From: Hormoscilla sp.
Lineage (GTDB): Bacteria > Cyanobacteriota > Cyanobacteriia > Cyanobacteriales > Desertifilaceae
Assembly (NCBI GenBank): GCA_051439505.1
Contig: JBFRWI010000171.1
Span: forward strand, 1 to 12,038
Direction of reading: 5' to 3'
Length of the DNA: 12,038 nucleotides
Shown here piece by piece: positions 1 to 7,855 of this stretch (positions are counted from its first letter, which is position 1; every line of letters starts with the position of its first letter). Below the pieces are notes generated by a model. The model was not told the origin of the DNA and searched no databases. It worked only from the letters and a program-made list of their open reading frames with translations. The translations under genes were made by a program, and so were the position numbers.

Positions 1-1048
1 GACTACCCTCTACTGGTAAAGCTTTTGGTGCTTCTATAGCTTTGACAAAACTTTCTAAACGTTCAATCCCCGCCATAAAACCGGTAAGGAATTCAAACAT
101 ATTAACTATGATGTTCAAGGACCTAAATATCTTATGAAAAGCTCCGCTAGCTTCTCGTAAGGATCCCACTTCCAGCCCTGGTTCCCCTGCTAAAATTCTC
201 GGTCCAATAAGCAATGCTGGTAAAACCCAGCTAGTAAAACCATATAGGTTTTGAAAAATGTCTAAGTTTCTCTCCCAGGTAATCACCTTGTTATAAATAC
301 TTAAAACGGGAGCAAATAGCTGCTTAATGTAGGTGAATTCTCTATTGCCCCCATGATAAAAAGCAATTGATTCAGCATGATCTCGAATTCTCACTAAGCC
401 AAAGCGGAAATTACCCTCTACTTTCCGTAGTTCTTTTTTGAGCGGAATCAAAATTTTTCCAAAGCCTATGGTCGTAATTAGCAGACCTCCTACAGAATAT
501 AGTACCAAAATTATCACAAGCAATTTTGACTTCCCCCAAAGCAGAATCACAAATGCAATCATGTCAAAAAATGCTACGGTAAAACTTCTAAATACTCTCA
601 CCGAACGATGACAAAACTCCTTAATGTCTTCGGCAATTCGCTGATCGGGATTATCTATTTCTACATTGAAGGCATTGATTTGATAAAAAACCTGATTTTT
701 CAAGTACTTATCTAAATAAATTTTTGTTAGCCCCTTTCGGGAATACAAGCGTATTTTATCTTCCACATACTGCCAACTGGCAAGGATCACCGCTAACAAA
801 ATAGAATCAACAACATATAATGATATGGCTTGCCAGAATCTCGCTGGTTCCAGCTTAACTAAAGCGGAAAATAATTCTCCTTCCTGTTTGAGATGATGGA
901 CTGCTACCATTGAATCTAAGCTGAGCAAAACAAGCAGCAATATGAGTAAAGCAATGGAGCGCCATCTTTCTGTAGACTCCCACCAATATAGTTTACCAAC
1001 CGCCCAAAAACTCTGGAAAGCACTGAAATTAAGTTTTATCTTTTTCAT
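1..1048 (-). CDS. ABC transporter permease/ATP-binding protein, ABCD/YddA/McyH-like (N-terminal TM domain; runs off window start)
   Basis: Not in the ORF track because it is partial. Manual translation from ATG at 1048: MKKIKLNFSAFQSFWAVGKLYWW...FYQINAFNVEIDNPDQRIAEDI...EGNFRFGLVRIRDHAESIAFYHG...AGIERL. IDNPDQRI and the EAA-like E-x-IAFY-x-G motif are typical of ABC_membrane_2 proteins. Confidence 0.9.
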   Translation of the reverse strand, partial: MKKIKLNFSAFQSFWAVGKLYWWESTERWRSIALLILLLVLLSLDSMVAVHHLKQEGELFSALVKLEPARFWQAISLYVVDSILLAVILASWQYVEDKIRLYSRKGLTKIYLDKYLKNQVFYQINAFNVEIDNPDQRIAEDIKEFCHRSVRVFRSFTVAFFDMIAFVILLWGKSKLLVIILVLYSVGGLLITTIGFGKILIPLKKELRKVEGNFRFGLVRIRDHAESIAFYHGGNREFTYIKQLFAPVLSIYNKVITWERNLDIFQNLYGFTSWVLPALLIGPRILAGEPGLEVGSLREASGAFHKIFRSLNIIVNMFEFLTGFMAGIERLESFVKAIEAPKALPVEGS

Positions 1049-1490
1049 TCTCTGTATTAGCAATGAAGATTTGGTAATTTTCCAACCCTAGCCCTGTATC
1101 CCGGGTAGTGCGAATAGCGCTCCCACCGATACATCTAGTTCCCAGGATACCAGGAAGTGGTGACGAAGCAAGCAGTGCCACCGGCGTGCAGCATGTAATG
1201 GATGTCTGGCAAGCTGCCCAGACAGTCTACCACACTGGCAGATGCCGGATGTCCTAGCAAGGGACCTAAACAATTCAAAATTCAAAATTCAAAATTCAAA
1301 ATTGGGAAAGCCCTTGAGGGCAAGGATCTCAGCTTTTTGGCCTATGCAATTTAAATGCGCGACAGCTTATCTCTAAGATAACTACCATTGCTATTTCTCC
1401 TACTGTTCAATCCGATCGCAACTATATCGATCGCCGCCGCGCCGGGGTCAGCATCCGATCATATACAGCGGGACACTGGGCCTGTCATGA
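1030..1490 (-). pseudogene. possible decayed SAM-dependent methyltransferase remnant, interrupted by repeat DNA
   Basis: Broken minus-strand frames read IGC/DPGAAAIDI (motif I-like), DCLGSLPDIHYMLHAGGTACFVT (LKPGG-like) and LGLENYQIFIANTENEKDKT*, the last overlapping the ABC start. Several stops and frameshifts; pattern recognition only. Confidence 0.22.
1272..1303. repeat. heptamer tandem repeat (AATTCAA)x4.5, STRR-like
   Basis: aattcaa-aattcaa-aattcaa-aattcaa-aatt read directly. Confidence 0.9.
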
Positions 1491-1491
1491 T

Positions 1492-1637
1492 TATAGCACT
1501 TTCTGTGATATGCTGTTGGGGAGATTGCTTCGGGGGGGGTTAAATTATAAACCATAAGTTATCGCTACGTACCCCCCCCCCTCGCAATGACAAATCTGCT
1601 ATGACAACTGTACCACATTAATTTAATAAACGCTATA
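1492..1637. repeat. MITE/REP-like dispersed repeat family A, copy 1 (TATAGC...GCTATA ends; GAGATTGCTTCG-G-run...C-run-CTCGCAATGAC core)
   Basis: Shares tgtgatatgctgt, gagattgcttcggggggg, cataagtta and cccccctcgcaatgacaaat with 8682-8804; both copies are bounded by inverted TATAGC/GCTATA. Confidence 0.8.
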
Positions 1638-1641
1638 TTTT

Positions 1642-2246
1642 TCATGCGCTCCGCACTGCTTGTGATAAAATTCCCAAAATCTTCTGGACATCCTGAATGT
1701 AAAAGTTACTCAAGTCGATCGCCACCTGATTTCCTGCCAACTGCAAGAACCTCCAAATATCTCCGGTTGTCACGGCTCCATAAATACTGTCTATCTCCTT
1801 TCCTTGCTGTTGATTGAACAATTGAGATGCGAACAGTGCTGCAATACACTGACCCAAACCTGCTTTAATTTCTCATTTTTCGCTTCCACAATCACGGCGA
1901 CGGGGGCCACAATGGTTAATTGTTCGGGAGAACGACTGATGATAAAATCGCAATAACCATTCAATCCTTTTTCTACATCTACATTAAAATCATTTCCGGA
2001 AAATAAACTAATCTGTGCTTGTGCTTGGCGCCGCAGTTCTAATAATAACGGCGTGACGATTAACTCCGATCGGGCTTTTTCTGTATTAATTGCCAAAGCT
2101 AAAGGTACTGTTTCCTTTAAGGTGGTCAGCAAGGACTCACTCGGGGGCAGGGGAGTCACTTCCGCAAATAAATCTGTCTGTTCCTTAATCTGTAAATTCA
2201 AATCATTTCTGACTTTGTTGAGATTCGTAAAGTCGCGATAAGCCAT
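1642..2246 (-). pseudogene. frameshifted conserved cyanobacterial hypothetical protein, PD-(D/E)xK nuclease-like fold
   Basis: ORFs 1791..2252 and 1642..1857 join into one ~201-aa protein if one base is restored between 1869 and 1870 (EAKNE[N]IKAGLGQCIA...YGAVTTGDIWRFL). GGAGG lies 6 nt before the ATG at 2246. GYCDF...VEAK resembles the D...ExK motif. Confidence 0.8.
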
Positions 2247-2365
2247 GTTCATCCTCCACTGTCCCTTGACCTGATTTGATTATATCATATCTGTTGTTTT
2301 CGGTCTCTTATCTGGTAAGGAATGTCGCGCGATCGGGCGAAGCATTCCCCTGGAATTCCCTCGCG

Positions 2366-2432
2366 CTTCGTTGTCAGCCCGCCGGGGGTTCAAACCCCCG
2401 GCTAATAGCTAAAGTCGGTTAAAACCGACTAA
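2366..2432 (+). repeat. dispersed double-hairpin REP-like repeat family B, copy 1
   Basis: gccgggggttcaaacccccggc-taatagctaa-agtcggttaaaaccgact; reverse-complement copies at 5560-5628 and 11062-11130. Confidence 0.9.
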
Positions 2433-2541
2433 GATGATAATCGTCAAAAATGTAGTATTTTGGTCACAAAAATGTATTATAGCATGAGTAAATATTGTCA
2501 GCGATCGCCTCATAAGTTCCCCATAGTTTAGGAGAATTACC

Positions 2542-2904
2542 ATGCCAAAAAGAATTAAGTTGATGGCTGATTATGGATGCGATCCTTTGTGGTGGATGGT
2601 AGGTTCAGGTAAGGCAGGGGATATAGATCCGACGACTCTACCCCTGAAGCCAGAAACCATTGAACGTTTGCAAAAATGGGCTGCTATCTATGATTGCATT
2701 TTAAATCAGGATGACCCGGCCTCATCAGATTTCGAGAACTCAGCAGCAGAGTTAGCTTTTGATCGAGAAGGTATCAAGCTGTGGCATCTGTTGAGAAAAG
2801 AACTTTCCCCAGAATACGAAGTGAGCTATTTTAGCGATCGATTAGGCAAGCTTTTCACTCATCCAAGTACCCTTGAACCAGTATTGTCAGCTAATGTCAG
2901 CTAA
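2542..2904 (+). CDS. hypothetical protein (120 aa, KLMADYGCDPLWW N-terminus)
   Basis: Clean ORF, AGGAG ribosome-binding site at ~2530-2534, natural protein-like composition; function not recognised. Confidence 0.8.
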   Translation: MPKRIKLMADYGCDPLWWMVGSGKAGDIDPTTLPLKPETIERLQKWAAIYDCILNQDDPASSDFENSAAELAFDREGIKLWHLLRKELSPEYEVSYFSDRLGKLFTHPSTLEPVLSANVS

Positions 2905-2913
2905 ATTAATTAT

Positions 2914-2976
2914 AGCCCGATCGGGCTTGTGGCGTGATCGGGCTTGTGGCGAGGCCGGGCTTGTCACGCGAGCTTG
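2914..2976. repeat. 17-bp-period tandem repeat (CGGGCTTGT core x3) starting with palindrome AGCCCGATCGGGCT
   Basis: cgggcttgt at 2922, 2939 and 2956; degenerate cgagcttg at 2969; lies between convergent genes. Confidence 0.75.
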
Positions 2977-3021
2977 CGCATTGCAGGATGTCAATTAGCC
3001 GTGGCGCTTATATGCTAAAGT

Positions 3022-4656
3022 TTACACATCTATACGCGATAGAAGAGCCACGCGAGTTTGCCACCCGGATGGACACCCATCTAAACGATATAAAAGGGGG
3101 AGAGATCCGGCGGGGGCGGCGAGGTTGAAGGTTAGGTTCCGGTAAATCTGCCATTTTTCTTTTACACGCCATCCAACCCGATCAGCTAGACGGCATTCTG
3201 TTTCCCCATCCACTTTTCCTCCCTCTTCTAGCCATATGCGCTTCTGCACCGAAAAGCCGAAGCGCCCATTGCTACATTTTACCCATAAACCATCGATTGT
3301 GCGCAAGTCTTCATAGGGAAAATTTTCTATATCTTCAACTCTAAACCAACCTTCTTTTTCGCGTCCGGCCACTTGCAGCATGACTTGGGACGTTTCCCGA
3401 TCTGCCTCTTTCCACTGTCCTGCCTTCAGCAAATCACGTAATTTATGGTATTTGGCTGCAACTTTATACTGTTGTCTATCTGCAGCATTATTTCTGCTAA
3501 TAACATCAATAAATGACCTAAAAATAAAATAGGACACAACCAAAATGAAAGAAACGAACAACATAGCTACAAAAGCAAACAATACACTACCAATGAACCC
3601 AATCAAGATCGCGAAAAAATAATTTTTTCTAGGAGTCTTGCTAGCTGATTTAGCCAAATCTATAGATTCTTTCCTTAACTGAGCCGCCCTCCGCTTTTGC
3701 TCTTCGGTTAATGGCTTTTTAGAGGGAGCTTGGGGAGTAGTTGCTGTCTCGCTTGACTCCGTTAATGGCTTTTCAGAAGGAACTTCGGGAGTAGTTGCTG
3801 TCTCACTTGAGGCTGTCTCACTTGAGGAAGCTGGTAATGCAGTAGAATTAGGTGGAGGCGTTGGAGTTACTGCTTCCGCCTGCTCCACCCGTTCCGGGGA
3901 TGAAGTTGAAGTCGGTAATTGGGGTGATGTAGAATTAGGTGATGGCGTTGGAGTTACTGCTTCCGTCTCATCAGGCCGATCGGGCGATAAAATTGAGGTC
4001 GATAATTCGGATTTTAAAAAACTCTCGATTGGGATAGCCAAGTTTAATCCTGTCTTACTTCCATCTTGATGGTCACCTTGTCCGTGAATGCCAATCACGC
4101 GCCCCTCTTCATCTAACACCGGACCACCACTCATTCCCCGACGGGTCGGGTTAGTATAAATCAAAGCATAGCCCTTTTGATTTGGCTTTTGCCGACCAAC
4201 AATATCCCCTGGAGTCACCAGTACCGTGCGTGAAGGCAAAGCCTCGCTGGGTTCCGGTGCGCCCGCGACATAAACTCGTTTGCTAATAGTCGCTGACTCA
4301 GAATTCCCCAACTTCCCCACGCTATAGCTATTCTCGCTGGTGAACTGCACCACGGCCAAATCTACACCCTCTATCCGTTTAATATTAGCAGGATAGACCC
4401 GGTGTCGCCTTCCATCTGGAGCGATCGCCAGATAAGTTACCTCAGCATTGACAACATGTGCGGCTGTCAGCACATAGTAAGTATCGCCCTTGCGATCGAC
4501 AATCACCCCCGAACCAGACTGGTAACCATCAATTAAAACTGTAATCGACTGGGCGATCTGACTCACCTGTTCGGAAGAGAGGGCAAATGCGACCTGGGGC
4601 TGCACTAGGACGATCGCAGCACCAACCATAATTGTAGATAATCTCGACATCATCAT
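3022..4656 (-). CDS. trypsin-like serine protease with signal peptide, Pro/Ser/Thr linker, hydrophobic membrane segment and C-terminal GUN4 domain
   Basis: Triad motifs LTAAHVV, DLAVV, GMSGGPVL; signal-like N-terminus ending AFA; GUN4 motifs LRDLLKAGQWKEADRET, DLRTIDGLWVKCSNGRFGFSVQKRIW, RVGWR, APAGSLP. Confidence 0.92.
   Translation of the reverse strand: MMMSRLSTIMVGAAIVLVQPQVAFALSSEQVSQIAQSITVLIDGYQSGSGVIVDRKGDTYYVLTAAHVVNAEVTYLAIAPDGRRHRVYPANIKRIEGVDLAVVQFTSENSYSVGKLGNSESATISKRVYVAGAPEPSEALPSRTVLVTPGDIVGRQKPNQKGYALIYTNPTRRGMSGGPVLDEEGRVIGIHGQGDHQDGSKTGLNLAIPIESFLKSELSTSILSPDRPDETEAVTPTPSPNSTSPQLPTSTSSPERVEQAEAVTPTPPPNSTALPASSSETASSETATTPEVPSEKPLTESSETATTPQAPSKKPLTEEQKRRAAQLRKESIDLAKSASKTPRKNYFFAILIGFIGSVLFAFVAMLFVSFILVVSYFIFRSFIDVISRNNAADRQQYKVAAKYHKLRDLLKAGQWKEADRETSQVMLQVAGREKEGWFRVEDIENFPYEDLRTIDGLWVKCSNGRFGFSVQKRIWLEEGGKVDGETECRLADRVGWRVKEKWQIYRNLTFNLAAPAGSLPLLYRLDGCPSGWQTRVALLSRIDV
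3707..3965 (-). repeat. intragenic duplications in the protease linker (54-nt and 87-nt periods)
   Basis: SETATTPxxPSxKPLTE x2 (3707-3810) and EAVTPTPxPNST x2 (3843-3878 and 3930-3965), near-identical at DNA level. Confidence 0.85.
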
Positions 4657-4690
4657 TAACCGCCAATTTTAGCTAACTTTATTTTATTCT

Positions 4691-4795
4691 CTCGCTCCCA
4701 GGCTCTGCCTGGGAGGAGGTGTCTCCAGTGGCCGGAATGGAGGCTCTGCCTCCCAACTTCGTTCCCAGCGAGACACGCGAGACACTGGGAACGAG
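4691..4795. repeat. REP-like multi-hairpin element (CTCGYTCCCAGGCTCTGCCTGGGA type)
   Basis: Hairpins ctcccaggc-tct-gcctgggag, ggaggc-tct-gcctcc and tcgttcccag...ctgggaacga. Confidence 0.75.
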
Positions 4796-4816
4796 GGGGA
4801 TCGGGAAACATACCAG

Positions 4817-5395
4817 TTACCAACCGCTATCCTGTGGCAAAATGCGATCGACCAAAGTTTCCAAAGAAATGAACAGAGCAATGCCACCATTTTCATCTAT
4901 TGTGCTATCAGAGGCTCGACCCTGCCGAAAATTAGTCAACCTTGCCAGTACCTGACTGGGGTTGCTGGCATTCTGCTTATTCAGGGTGAACAGAAGATTG
5001 CTATTGTCACAGGTTGATGTTGATGAATTTTGGGTAACAAAGCAAACCACTGGATAATCATTCAGGGTGCCGGTAGTCAGATCCAAGTTGCTCAACATGC
5101 CTCCATTATTGGCCACGGCCTTCGTCAAGCGTTCTGAAACAATGCGGCAACGGTTCTCCGGTGTATAATCAGAACCAAATTCTGTGGTATTCCAGCGGAT
5201 CATCGGGACTGTGGAAACTGCATTACCTCTTTGAGCAAAAGTTGCCCAGCCCTCCCCTTGCCGGACGCATTTGAATACTGTAGGATCCAGTTCAGGATTG
5301 GCCGCTGCTGGCTGAGTCGAATACAGTACAGCACCAGATAGCATCATAGCGGTAGCTAGCGCTTTAGCAGTAAAACCTCCTGGTTTAGCAATCAT
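4817..5395 (-). CDS. COP23 domain-containing secreted protein
   Basis: Signal peptide ending PAAA; FKC...PMIRW...FGSDYTPENRCRIVSERL...GTLNDYPVVC...LLFTL matches the COP23 pattern; sits upstream of a trypsin-like protease gene, a familiar cyanobacterial arrangement. Confidence 0.85.
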   Translation of the reverse strand: MIAKPGGFTAKALATAMMLSGAVLYSTQPAAANPELDPTVFKCVRQGEGWATFAQRGNAVSTVPMIRWNTTEFGSDYTPENRCRIVSERLTKAVANNGGMLSNLDLTTGTLNDYPVVCFVTQNSSTSTCDNSNLLFTLNKQNASNPSQVLARLTNFRQGRASDSTIDENGGIALFISLETLVDRILPQDSGW

Positions 5396-5477
5396 AGTCT
5401 TACCTCCGGTTATTTGCTGATTTTAGGCATTTTGCTGATTCCATTTTACACCAATAACTCCCACATCTACTCTGTCA

Positions 5478-5544
5478 AGAAACCTGGTTTCTCTAGTCAC
5501 AGCTAAAAGATCTCGTCGAACGCTACAGCAGAAACCAGGTTTCT
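5478..5544. repeat. AGAAACC(N)GGTTTCT palindrome doublet, family C
   Basis: 15-bp palindromes at 5478-5492 and 5530-5544. Confidence 0.85.
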
Positions 5545-5559
5545 GAGAAATAAATATTA

Positions 5560-5628
5560 TTAGTCGGTTTTAACCGACTTTAGCTATTAGCCGGGGGTTT
5601 GAACCCCCGGCGAGATAACAGCGAAGTG
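5560..5628 (-). repeat. repeat family B, copy 2
   Basis: ttagtcggttttaaccgactttagctattagccgggggtttgaacccccggcg...cagcgaagtg. Confidence 0.9.
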
Positions 5629-5636
5629 AAGGAGTT

Positions 5637-5671
5637 TATCAATTTGCAATTGTCAATTATCAATTTTCAAT
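5637..5671. repeat. degenerate heptamer tandem repeat (TNNCAAT)x5 overlapping the glycosyltransferase stop codon
   Basis: tatcaat-ttgcaat-tgtcaat-tatcaat-tttcaat. Confidence 0.75.
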
Positions 5672-6929
5672 TGATGAATTGATGAAATGCCTCAACTGCC
5701 CGCGCTACCCCATCTTCTGCTTGAATAAGATTGCCGATCGCCCTTACCCGTCCCCGCAGATCCCGATCGCCCATAGCAGTGCGAATAGCAGCAGCTAACC
5801 GTTCCGCAGTCAGCTGCTGTTGAGGGATAGGTGGGGGCGCGAGATGCAGCTGTGCCAAGCGCCGTCCCCAAAAAGGCTGATCCGCAAAGAAGGGAACGAT
5901 AATAGCAGGCACCCCCGCCCGTAAAGCTGCCGCTGTAGTGCCCATACCCCCGTGATGGACCACTGCGGCCACCTGGGGAAACAACCAATCATGGGGAATG
6001 TAATCTAACTGAAACACCGTATCGGGCAAATAACCGTGAATGAGTCCGCCCCACCCGGTCAGCAAAATGCCCCGCTGTCCCGTTTGGGCCAAAGCTGCTA
6101 GCACCAATGCCGTCATTCTCTGGGGATCGCGGTTCTGCATGCTGCCAAAACCAATGCAGACGGGAGGCGGTCCCGCCCCTAGAAACTCTACCAATTCCCT
6201 TGGCGGTTCCCAGTCAGAAGGACGTTTCAAAAACCAGTAACCCGTCACGTACAATTGTGGCGGCCAATGGGCGGGCCGAGGGACGATCGCGCGACTATAG
6301 GCATAGAGAAAAGGCACCCGTTCCATGCGTGTCAAGGGTTCCTGACAGGGGGACAAGGGAGGCAAATTCAAAGTGGACTGTCGCCATTGATTAATTGGTC
6401 CGCGAAGCAGTTGCCAAAAGGACAGGCGCATCAGAGGATAGCTGAGTTGATTGTACAGACTCTCCCAAGGCCATCCCCCCATAGCTGGCATAGTCGGAAT
6501 GGGAAAATCCCCACAAGCATGTAGGGGCAATAATGCTGCCAAGTAAAAGGGGACTCCTAATTTCTCGGCAATATCATAGCCCCAAAAGGTAAAAGGCGCA
6601 GCCACGATCGCCTCCGTCCCTTGACAAGCTTCCCAGGAATCTGCTAACAACTGCTGCAATAGCTGTTGGGCGATCCGCCCGTATTGACGGATAAAAGTCA
6701 GGGGATTTTCCCCCGATTCTAGCAGGACCTGTCCAAATTCACCCCTGTTAATTTCTTGAGGATTTCCTGCTATTGGGTAATGGGCCAGACCCCGAGAGAC
6801 TATTTGGGAGTTAAAGAAATCGTGAGTTGCCAATTGCACCTGATGACCTGCTTTCTGTAACCCCAGTCCCAAGGCCATTAAAGGCACTATATCTCCCCAA
6901 GTCCCCACTGTCAAAATTGTAATCCGCAC
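5667..6929 (-). CDS. GT1-family UDP-glycosyltransferase (sterol 3-beta-glucosyltransferase/EryCIII-like)
   Basis: GTG start; N-terminal ILTVGTWGDIVP..ALG.GLQKAGHQV; C-terminal IGFGSM, PHDWLFP, VVHHGGMGTT, PFFADQPFWG. Confidence 0.92.
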   Translation of the reverse strand: MRITILTVGTWGDIVPLMALGLGLQKAGHQVQLATHDFFNSQIVSRGLAHYPIAGNPQEINRGEFGQVLLESGENPLTFIRQYGRIAQQLLQQLLADSWEACQGTEAIVAAPFTFWGYDIAEKLGVPFYLAALLPLHACGDFPIPTMPAMGGWPWESLYNQLSYPLMRLSFWQLLRGPINQWRQSTLNLPPLSPCQEPLTRMERVPFLYAYSRAIVPRPAHWPPQLYVTGYWFLKRPSDWEPPRELVEFLGAGPPPVCIGFGSMQNRDPQRMTALVLAALAQTGQRGILLTGWGGLIHGYLPDTVFQLDYIPHDWLFPQVAAVVHHGGMGTTAAALRAGVPAIIVPFFADQPFWGRRLAQLHLAPPPIPQQQLTAERLAAAIRTAMGDRDLRGRVRAIGNLIQAEDGVARAVEAFHQFIN

Positions 6930-6973
6930 CTTCTCTTTCCCCAGGTTGTTTTATCCCCCACAACGGGTATGAC

Positions 6974-7603
6974 TTAACGGCGATAATTGTGTTCATAAAG
7001 ATAAAGCAAAGCCTCAGCATAGGTTTTGCCATTGGGCTGAGTAACTTCCAGGTAAGCATTGATCGTTTCCGGGCGCACTCCATCTCGATTAATGTGGTAT
7101 AAATAGCTCCGATGCTGAAATTTCAACTGATATGCCATGATTTTTTTCTGACTATCAATCGAGAGACTGCCGCTACCATCCTTAGCAGACATGATATAAT
7201 ATTTCGGAGCTTTTGGCGCTGACGACAGAGAGCAAATTAGCACTTGGTAATTGCTACTTTCGGCATAGCTATGGGGGGCGCTATCCGTCGGACAGGATGT
7301 AAACAGCTTCGAGGCATCCAACTCTTTGACATTCTTGCGAGTGGTGACTTTCCCAGTTTGTGGTAGGGGTTCTTTAAACTGGTAGTCCCTCAGATAATTG
7401 GGCTTATTAGCATCCGCTGTGAACTTGGATTTCTCCGCAATTGACAATCCCGGACTTTTGCCCTTCTCCCAAGTCAAGGAACTGCTAGGGGTTGTTTTGG
7501 GAGTTTCTTTCTGAATCTTGGGTTGACTGGTTGCAGTGCATCCGGCTGCCAGGACTAAACCCAATATCGGTAATACTTGCCTTAACTTTGATTTCTTTGG
7601 CAT
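6974..7603 (-). CDS. hypothetical lipoprotein
   Basis: Basic N-terminus, hydrophobic stretch and lipobox LAAGC; 209-aa ORF ending 44 nt before the glycosyltransferase start (likely operon). Confidence 0.8.
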   Translation of the reverse strand: MPKKSKLRQVLPILGLVLAAGCTATSQPKIQKETPKTTPSSSLTWEKGKSPGLSIAEKSKFTADANKPNYLRDYQFKEPLPQTGKVTTRKNVKELDASKLFTSCPTDSAPHSYAESSNYQVLICSLSSAPKAPKYYIMSAKDGSGSLSIDSQKKIMAYQLKFQHRSYLYHINRDGVRPETINAYLEVTQPNGKTYAEALLYLYEHNYRR

Positions 7604-7728
7604 TTTCCTTCTACCTGCTTTCTGATTTTTCCTTTTTCCACTATAACATACTCGATCGCATGTCTGCTAAGCTATCTTAAAAAAGATCACATTTTTTTAC
7701 ATAACCCGGGTGCCTCCCATATTTGCCT

Positions 7729-7785
7729 CGCCGCCCGAACCCTAAAGGGCCCGGCTACACGAACAAAGCCCGCCTGCGCGGGCTA
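7729..7785 (+). repeat. dispersed repeat family D, copy 1 (AGCCCGCCTGCGCGGGCT hairpin)
   Basis: cgccgcccgaaccctaaagggcccggctac..gaac.aagcccgcctgcgcgggcta; near-identical to 10340-10397. Confidence 0.9.
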
Positions 7786-7827
7786 AATTACTTGCATTAT
7801 CGTTGCACCCCATAACCCTCAACCAAA

Positions 7828-7848
7828 GGTGGGCAATGCCCACCCTAC
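7828..7848 (-). repeat. GTAG-type REP palindrome
   Basis: Minus strand GTAG-GGTGGGCA-T-TGCCCACC, 7 nt after the Mut7-C stop. Confidence 0.75.
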
Positions 7849-7855
7849 TCGCCAA

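Noticed and set aside
1088..1285. 65-aa ORF as a real gene or RiPP precursor
   Set aside because: It starts inside the heptamer repeat, has no ribosome-binding site and no recognisable leader/core pattern.
2885..2904. TGTCAGCTAA x2 as a target-site duplication
   Set aside because: The copies are directly adjacent with nothing inserted; more likely slippage. An excision footprint cannot be excluded but is unsupported.
4684..4955. ORFs 4684..4896(-) and 4719..4955(+)
   Set aside because: They overlap COP23 and the REP-like element; the sequence is repeat-derived.
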